Assembly: GCA_964016885.1 (NCBI GenBank)
Contig: OZ024749.1
Location: 22,692,001-22,756,000 of the forward strand
Source: Eledone cirrhosa
Lineage: Eukaryota
DNA length: 64,000 nt
Direction: 5' to 3'
Shown here: one piece after another, positions 55,403 through 64,000 of the stretch
How positions within the stretch are numbered: position 1 is the stretch's first letter
How the letters are laid out: each line of letters starts with the position of its first letter
Position numbers and translations under genes: made by a program
The notes under the pieces: generated by a model
The model's database searches: none
Told to the model about the DNA's origin: nothing
The model's input: the letters and a program-made list of their open reading frames with translations, nothing else

Positions 55403-55600
55403 CATGTGTGTGTGTGTGCGCGTGTGTAAAAGGGAAACAGAAATAGCATCACAATCAGTACAGTATAAGGAAGTAATATATTAGATTAACGCTTGAAATA
55501 GCAGGAAGAGAGTCTTAACGTTTCGGACGTTAGTCTTTTATCGGAAGAAAGAATGAGAAATAAGATAGATTGAAGGGACAGGCGGGGTAAAATTGGAAAT
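54948..55600. mobile_element. Three about 170-bp copies of hammerhead family H5 (minus 54948-55128, plus 55157-55328, minus 55427-55600)
   Basis: Mutual homology, separated by TA/CA tracts. Confidence 0.8.
55208..55243 (+). ncRNA. Minimal type I hammerhead ribozyme
   Basis: TCTT-CTGATGA-A-GGAC(AAGC)GTCC-GAAA-CG-TC-AAGA. Confidence 0.8.
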
Positions 55601-55702
55601 AAAACATTTTTAGAGGAAAATAGCAGGTTCATTCATGTTGCTATCTCTTGGAAAACTATTGATGCTGGCGTTTTCTATATATATATAAACAAATTCAACA
55701 AC

Positions 55703-56286
<584 letters not shown>

Positions 56287-58037
56287 ATATATATATAATT
56301 TATTCTTTAGTGCAACAAATATTAGTTATATTTTTTAAGAGAAGGACCTCAAACTATATATTTTTAAAGGCCCCAGCATGTAAAAGTCCTGTCCTGAAAA
56401 ATACAATATTTTCAGGACCGATGAGAACAGGGAGCTCAAAGCCTTTCTCAACGGTGAGCTTACATGTGGCGGAAGGGTGTAAGTAGGAAAAAAAGAAGAC
56501 AAAAAAGAAGAAAAAAAAAGAAGAGAAAGAAGAAGAGAAAAAAGAAGGAGAATCTGCTTTCTCTATAATTATATAGGCCTCTAGGTCGTTTCTTGTGTAG
56601 TGTTTTGCTCTGGTATAGTGATTTGTTTGGGATTTCTCTGTACTGCAATTGCTTTCAACATTTTCACAACTTCAATCGATCTGTCATCAACATTTCTTTC
56701 ACCAAAATCTTTCCATTTATCTTGCTCTTGTTGTTGGTCCTGTTTCCTTACATTTTACTAGTATTTGTAAAAAAAAAATGTTATTCGCAGAGGAAAGTTA
56801 TTTATTATGTTCAAACATATGTTTCTTAACGACGGATTCTTTGAAATTTAGCTAAGATATTTTGCCCTAGGCTCTCTTTGATTTCAGCTACACCTTTATG
56901 TTATTATGTATGTTTATGGCATAATATGTTTTATTTTTATTATTAAAGATCTCTTGTTGTAGGCAGTCTTTGATTTTAGCTACCATTTTATGTTATGGCG
57001 CATGCATGTTATGTATATTGTAGCATCAGTATGATTATATCTTTAAAATGTTGTTAACGTTATTCTTAAACGTCTTTTTGTGGTTGATTTCGTAAAAGGA
57101 TTTTGAGATATTTTTTCTTTTCGATTCCTCTCTCTTTCTTGCGTGTTTTCTCTTCCTCGTTAGTTGCTTACTATTCGATGTTTACGTATAAGAAATTTCG
57201 TGAAGATGGCCACTTTTTCTTGTGACAACGGCAGCTGCGCAGCTTTATCTGTTAGCTGTTTTCGTTCCGATTAATATCGATGGCTCTATTTATTTCAAAG
57301 ATATCAATGATGGCCCAGTTTACGAGTTATTTTCGTCGTCGTTGCTATTTTATGATTAAATTTTACATTAAAGAGCGTCTTTTATTGGCTCCATAAAAAA
57401 GAAATACACACATATTCTATCGATTTTAATTCTATAACTATTTCCATCCTCCGATTATTGTCATATTTTAAATATCTTTATTATATCTTTCACCGTCTTC
57501 ATGTCTGTTCATATTTTCTTTAAGCTGTTCTGTTTTGCTTTGTATTTGTCCATATTTTTTAGACAAAAAAAATTCAACTGCTAAAACAGCTGAAATTTGA
57601 TTTTCTTCTGTATATTTTAATTAATTTTATTAATTATAATTTGTACGTCTTCTGCTAACGCAGTATTTATGGTTTATCTTCTCATTAAAACTTCTCATAG
57701 TTTTAACGATCTAATTTTCATTTTTTTTTTGTTTGTTTCTTTGCTGTTGTATGTTCAAGTCATTTTGGATCAGTTTTAGAATATCTTTCAATAAATATAA
57801 AATAAAGACATATTTATTCTTTCTTTTAAGAGTATCATTTCGACGTTAGATAAATGTTTCGTTTTGAATATAAATTTTCTTAAATTATTCTGAATTTTAC
57901 CAGTAAAAATAATATTATATACAATGTATGTGCTTCAGAACTGTAACCCACTCTAAATTGAATAAGTGTCAACTACTCTAGTTTCGGAATATCGGAATTG
58001 CTCACGAAACCACAAGAGCTCAGCCGTCGGGCTCCGA

Positions 58038-58106
<69 letters not shown>

Positions 58107-58180
58107 CCCACTCTACTACCCTAAGTATTGAGTAATCTGGTGCGTTATGGTCCATCTGGTTCCTTACCACACTTCTGTAG

Positions 58181-58334
<154 letters not shown>

Positions 58335-58604
58335 GCGTGTGTGTGTGTGTATGTGTTATGTGTGTGTGCGTGTGTGTGCGTGTGTGGTGTGTTTATGATA
58401 TGGTATGGTCCTGTAACAGCTGATAGAGTCGTAGGAGCACCGTATCGACTTACAGCGTTGCTTGAGCATTTTAAAGCCTGGTGGGGCCCAACCCTCTCCA
58501 GGTCTGAATACAGCAGATTTCTTCCAGAGACAGATAGAAGGTGAGAGTGAAGAGAAGAGAAATAGATATAGAGGGAGAAACTACGCCAGTACTTGACTGT
58601 TATT

Positions 58605-58789
58605 GGTGAATTGGCAGTATCGGTAGAGGATCGGACGCCTTGCTTTGCAGCAAAGAGTTACAGCCCTTTATGGTCTGAGTTCAAATCCCGCCGAGGTTAA
58701 CTTTGCCTTTCATTCTTACTCGGTCGATAAAATAAAGTACCAGTAATACACTGGGATAATTGCTGGCCTTGTGCCAAAAGTAGAAACTA
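58605..58789 (+). mobile_element. tRNA-derived SINE
   Basis: B-box GAGTTCAAATCC, same body as 52665. Confidence 0.88.
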
Positions 58790-58958
58790 TTTTTTTTGTG
58801 TGTATTGTTCTGTACCATTTGAGGGAGTGGTAGGGACACGCCATACTGCGTTTCTTGGGCATTTCAAAACACACACACATACACATACATACACACACAC
58901 AAACACACATTTATATACATATATATATGTGCGTGTGTGTGTGTGTGTGCGTCTGTGT

Positions 58959-59031
<73 letters not shown>

Positions 59032-59159
59032 TGTTTTAGAAACACACACAATGTTAGGTAGACAATTTTGAATACCACTAACATTTCAACTATAACTACA
59101 GTCTCCACCACCACCACCACCACTGCCACACCCAACAACAAACAACTACTACTGCTGGA

Positions 59160-59226
<67 letters not shown>

Positions 59227-60755
59227 TTACTACCACTACTTCTACCACCACCATTGCTACTACTACTACTACTGTTGCTGTTGCTGCTGTTGTTGATGTC
59301 GTCTGAGTTGCTATTCTTGTTTACGTTGAAGCCCTGCTTCAGGAATTTTGGAAGAATAACAAAAACAACAACAACAACAACAGTAATAGACAACTTTCCT
59401 TTTTAAGAAAAGTCATTTGTTTCTGCTTCGATGCCTTTATTTATGCTGATTATTTGATTCTTGTCTACGAACAACAACATGAGAAACAGCAAGATATAAA
59501 CAACAACGGTAGCAACAACATCATTATCATTCTCTCCCTCCTCCTCCTCCTCCTCCTCCTCCTCCTCCTCCTCCTCCTCCTCCTATTCCTCCTGCTCCTC
59601 ATCCTCCTCCTCCTCTACATCATGATCATCATTATCATTGTTAACAACAACAGTAGCGACAGTAGTAACGAAAATATCATCATCACCAACAACAGTGACA
59701 ACGATGGATGATAGATTTATAAAAACAAAAACACCAGCATCACATCATCACCATCATCATCATCATCAACCATAACAAAAACAAAGACAGTAGCAACAGT
59801 AGTAACATTATCATCCCCCCCACGACCACCACCACCACCGCCACCAACAACAACAACAACACCATCACCATCACTACCATCATCATCATCTTCTTCATCA
59901 TATCATCATCGTTATTATCATCTTCATCTTCATCTCACCATTATCATTATTATTTTCATCGCCATCACCATCATCATCATCATCGTCGTCATCGTAATCA
60001 TCATCATCATCATCATCATCATCAACCATAGCAACAACAAAGACATTAGCAACAGTAGTAACACTATCATCCCCACCACCGCCACTAACACCATTACCAC
60101 CACCACCACCACCACTAACATCACCACCACCACTACTAACACACCGACCACCTTCACCACCACCGCCACTAACACCACCACCACCACCACCACTAACACC
60201 ACCACCAAGACCACCACCACCACCACCACTAACACACCCACCACCTTCACCACCACCGCCACTAACACTACCACCCCCAAGACCACCACCAACACCACCA
60301 CCATCATAAATAGTAATAACAATGGTTACTAAATTTATTAAGAAAAAACAACCGCTTCGCAGATCGCTTCCGGCCACCATTTTGTTTTAAATTTCCTATA
60401 TTTCCTTTTCCTATATTTCTATTGTTCTGCTATTCAGAATTTTAGCTATATCTTTTGTCTTCCCGCCTCTTAGCTATAATTCGCTTCTATATATTCACTC
60501 TTACAACAAAATATACAATCATACCACTAAAACACTATATACACTACATTAAAATAATGTAAATAAAATATTGTTATTATCGTACAATCTTTAGAGCCGT
60601 CGGAAAAAAATGCTTTGAGGTATTTAGTTACGAGTCTTTACGCTACAAGTTCAAATACGGCTGTGGTTATCTCTGTTTTTCATCTTTAATTGGTCGATAA
60701 AATAAAGTAGCAGTAACGTACTGAACCCCAACGATAATATTAATGGTACAACCAA

Positions 60756-60940
60756 TAATTGCTTCTACTTTTGGCACAAGGCCAGAAATTACGCCAGTGC
60801 ATAACTGGTACTTTATTTTATCGACCCCCGTAAGGATGAAAGGCAAAGGTTATCTCAGCGGGATTTGAACTGAGAATGTAAGGGGCCATAACTCTATCCT
60901 GCAAAGCATGGTGTCTGACGCTCTACCGTTACTGCCAAAC
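60756..60940 (-). mobile_element. tRNA-derived SINE (degenerate relatives on plus at about 60640-60722 and 61020-61110)
   Basis: Family homology. Confidence 0.85.
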
Positions 60941-61218
60941 CACCACCCTTGATACAACCAAAAATAAGGGTTCCGATTGGAATTATCGTTACCGTATCGA
61001 ACAAAACGAATTGGGAATATTTGTTTCAGTGAATCACGTTCTACGTTCAATTCCTGCCGAGGTGACGTGCACTTTTATGTTTTCAGGTTCGATAACATAA
61101 AATACCAATCCAGAACTCTCTCCCACTCTTTTCCGCTGTCTAGCTAGCTAGCTACTTACACACAGACACACACACATACGACGCGCGCGCACACACACAC
61201 ACACATACACATATATAT

Positions 61219-61277
<59 letters not shown>

Positions 61278-61282
<5 letters not shown>

Positions 61283-62310
61283 TTTAGTACAGCATTGACG
61301 AAGCTTTAGTATACTGCCAAGCTAGCGTATATGCACATAATCGGTCTGTATCTTTAGCACTCGGATGAGGTAAGACCCCAGAGTAATAACATTACGTTCA
61401 GACAGCTTAGCAAACGTTAGTCCAGCCGCATTACCAGAGCAACGAAAATACAGGACCCAGGAAAAGGTTTTATACTGACCCAGACATAGCGGTGTGGCTG
61501 AGTGTAAAATATATCACTTACATCGTATATCCACAATATAGATCAAAATATCACATCCAACATCAGCGCTAAGTTTCTGCAAATCCAAGATCGACAAATT
61601 CCTATTGCAGGAGTCTGCAATATAATGGTTTTTGACGACAGAACATAGGAATTACTTCTTCACCAAGTCTTTCGTTCTTAGCGAACTTTAAACGTCGCCA
61701 CAGACACGTGGTTTTCTTCAAGGTAGGTAACCCCCGCTTAGGCGGTGTATTCTAATTTGAGGTAAAGGAATGAATCCCTTTATACAAACCGAATAAAGCA
61801 CTCAACTAGAAGTTATCAAACAAACTTAAACGCTTAATCAATCAATAGAATCATCTAATTAAATTAATCAGTTAATCGTTAATTCTAGGAGTAAATATAA
61901 ATTTTAGTTAACATTACGTTCAGACAGCTTAGCAAATCAGATATAGCGGACGGCAGTCCAGCCGCATTACCAGAGCAACGAAAATACAGGACCCAGGAAA
62001 AAGATTTTATACTGACCCAGACATAGCGGTGGGGCTGAGTGTAAAATATATAACTTACATCGTATATCCACAATATAGATCGCAATATCACATCCAACAT
62101 CAGCGCTAAGTTTCTGCAAATCCAAGATCGACAAATTCATATTGCAAGAGTCTGCAATATAATGGTTTTTGACGACAGAACAGGATTTACTACTTCAGCA
62201 AGTCTTTCGTTCTTAGCGAAAGCGGGTATGTTGTAATTTTAAAAGTCGCCACAGACACGTGGTTTTCTCCAAGGGAGGTAACCCCCGCTTGGCGGTGTAT
62301 TCTAATTTGA
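61278..62310. repeat. TA-flanked partial tandem repeat, unit about 620 bp, second copy with deletion
   Basis: 61387-61760 is repeated at 61909-62310. TAAATTTTAGT at 61278 and 61898. Confidence 0.8.
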
Positions 62311-62363
62311 TATATATACTGGGTATTTGTTGGCCTTGTGCCAAAAGTAGAAACAATTATTAC

Positions 62364-62479
<116 letters not shown>

Positions 62480-62481
62480 GT

Positions 62482-62620
62482 AATAATTGTTTCTACTTTT
62501 GGCACAAGGCCAACAAATACCCAGTACATTACTGGTACTTTATTTTATCGACCCCGTAAGGATGAAAGGCAAAGTTAACCTTGGCGGGATTTGAACTCAA
62601 AATGGCAAGGGCCGTAACAA
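62482..62620 (-). mobile_element. tRNA-derived SINE, 5'-truncated (tail-to-tail with a 3' stub at 62318-62360)
   Basis: Family homology. Confidence 0.85.
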
Positions 62621-62786
62621 TAAATTTGAAGACTAAAATCCAAAGTGAGCTCGATAAAGATATATATATAACAGAAGTTTAAGTAAAGAATCGCTGCTTT
62701 CACCCTTAACAGGATCTTCTGAAGATCCCGTTAAGCGTGAAAGCAGCGATTCTTTGCTTAAACTTTAATCTGTTATTTTAATAAAT
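62621..62786. repeat. Fold-back element; second copy 63701-63853
   Basis: Arms about 62668-62719 and 62721-62776. In the second copy, about 63790-63820 and 63822-63852 with a 1-nt loop. Confidence 0.75.
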
Positions 62787-62798
62787 ATATATATATAT

Positions 62799-62907
62799 AT
62801 TGTTATACTTGGGGAAGGTCATATTTGTGTAATAATATTGCCAGAATTAATAACAGAACACACTCACTGTTTCGTTGGTTTTCGGTTCTGTGTCTTTTAT
62901 ATCGGTT
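62799..62907 (-). mobile_element. Penelope pseudo-LTR 3' end
   Basis: Reverse complement of about 47730-47840. Confidence 0.75.
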
Positions 62908-63395
62908 AATATATATATATATCAACTAGAAATTGATTGAGATATATATATATTTAAAATAAACACATCAAACAATCACAGAGGATAATTTGTAAAGTGT
63001 GTAATCACACATAGCTAGGTATGTAACTAATTAAAGTTTAACAAGAGCTTCAAATATTCCTTTTTAAAAATGATTAATCTTCCTTGTATATATTTCTTTA
63101 AAGAAATATATTTCACCATTAATCCGTAAAGTCACAGTAGTCAAAATAGGATCTTCAGCAAGGGAGAAGATGTGTTTACACATCAAATGCAAATCTGCGA
63201 GTGACCGATCGCACGTGTTGCAATCCTAAAACTACTAACAAGCTAGTAGCGTCATCCAGTGGCGTGAATAGGGAAATCGACAGCTATAAATAGCAGCCGA
63301 CTCCTTTCAACTGGGTTAGCTCTACAATTTTGGATATATATATATACATTAATTAAAACCTATTGTACAGCCGACCACGTTATTCTTCACTCTTT

Positions 63396-63471
<76 letters not shown>

Positions 63472-63853
63472 AAAGAGTGAAGAATAGCGTGGTCGGCTGT
63501 ACAATAGGTTTTATTTAATGTATTAATAACAATTGTTTCATTAGTCCGGTGTGTCTAAACATCGCTGAACGTTAGAAGCCACGTCATTCGATTTTAAATA
63601 CAGTCGATACTCGAGCAAATCATCAGAATACTGATCTGTGTACATGTATTACCTTAAAGAATTTCTTGTTAACTTATATATATATATATAGTAATAATAA
63701 TAAATATGAAGACTAAAATCCGAAGAGGGCTCAATAAGGATAATATATATATCAAATATATAAAAACCGTAGAGCAAATTTTTATTAAAATAACATATTA
63801 AAGTTTAAGCAAAGAATCGCTGCGATTCTTTGCTTAAACTTTAATGCGTTATA

Positions 63854-63911
<58 letters not shown>

Positions 63912-64000
63912 TTGACGGGAGTATAAGGTTTTCCTGCTATAAAAGATATACGGAAAAGTATCTTTCATATATCAAGTACATACATATAAGGTTAAATAAT

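Overview
Repeat-saturated, AT-rich animal DNA. The SINE families look octopus/cephalopod-like, which is my recognition and not a database result. No host gene can be called with confidence, and most ORFs in the track are microsatellite artefacts. (1) Microsatellite-targeted non-LTR retrotransposons: three R4/Dong-clade families (RT + CCHC + restriction-like endonuclease). One sits in (CATA)n and two in (TAA)n, including an apparently full-length copy with an open 1130-aa ORF. Two complementary-deleted Tx1/L1-clade copies sit in (ATT)n. (2) RTE-clade fragments and a bipartite non-autonomous RTE derivative. (3) tRNA-derived SINEs and two Tc1/mariner-type MITEs. (4) A Penelope-like GIY-YIG fragment. 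(5) The most interesting signal: at least five unrelated families of short elements, mostly non-coding and inserted in (TA)n tracts. They carry minimal type I hammerhead ribozyme motifs, one with a U3-A8 core covariation, and repeatedly form fold-back palindromes with 30-180 bp arms. All ribozyme folds were read by eye and need computational and biochemical confirmation.
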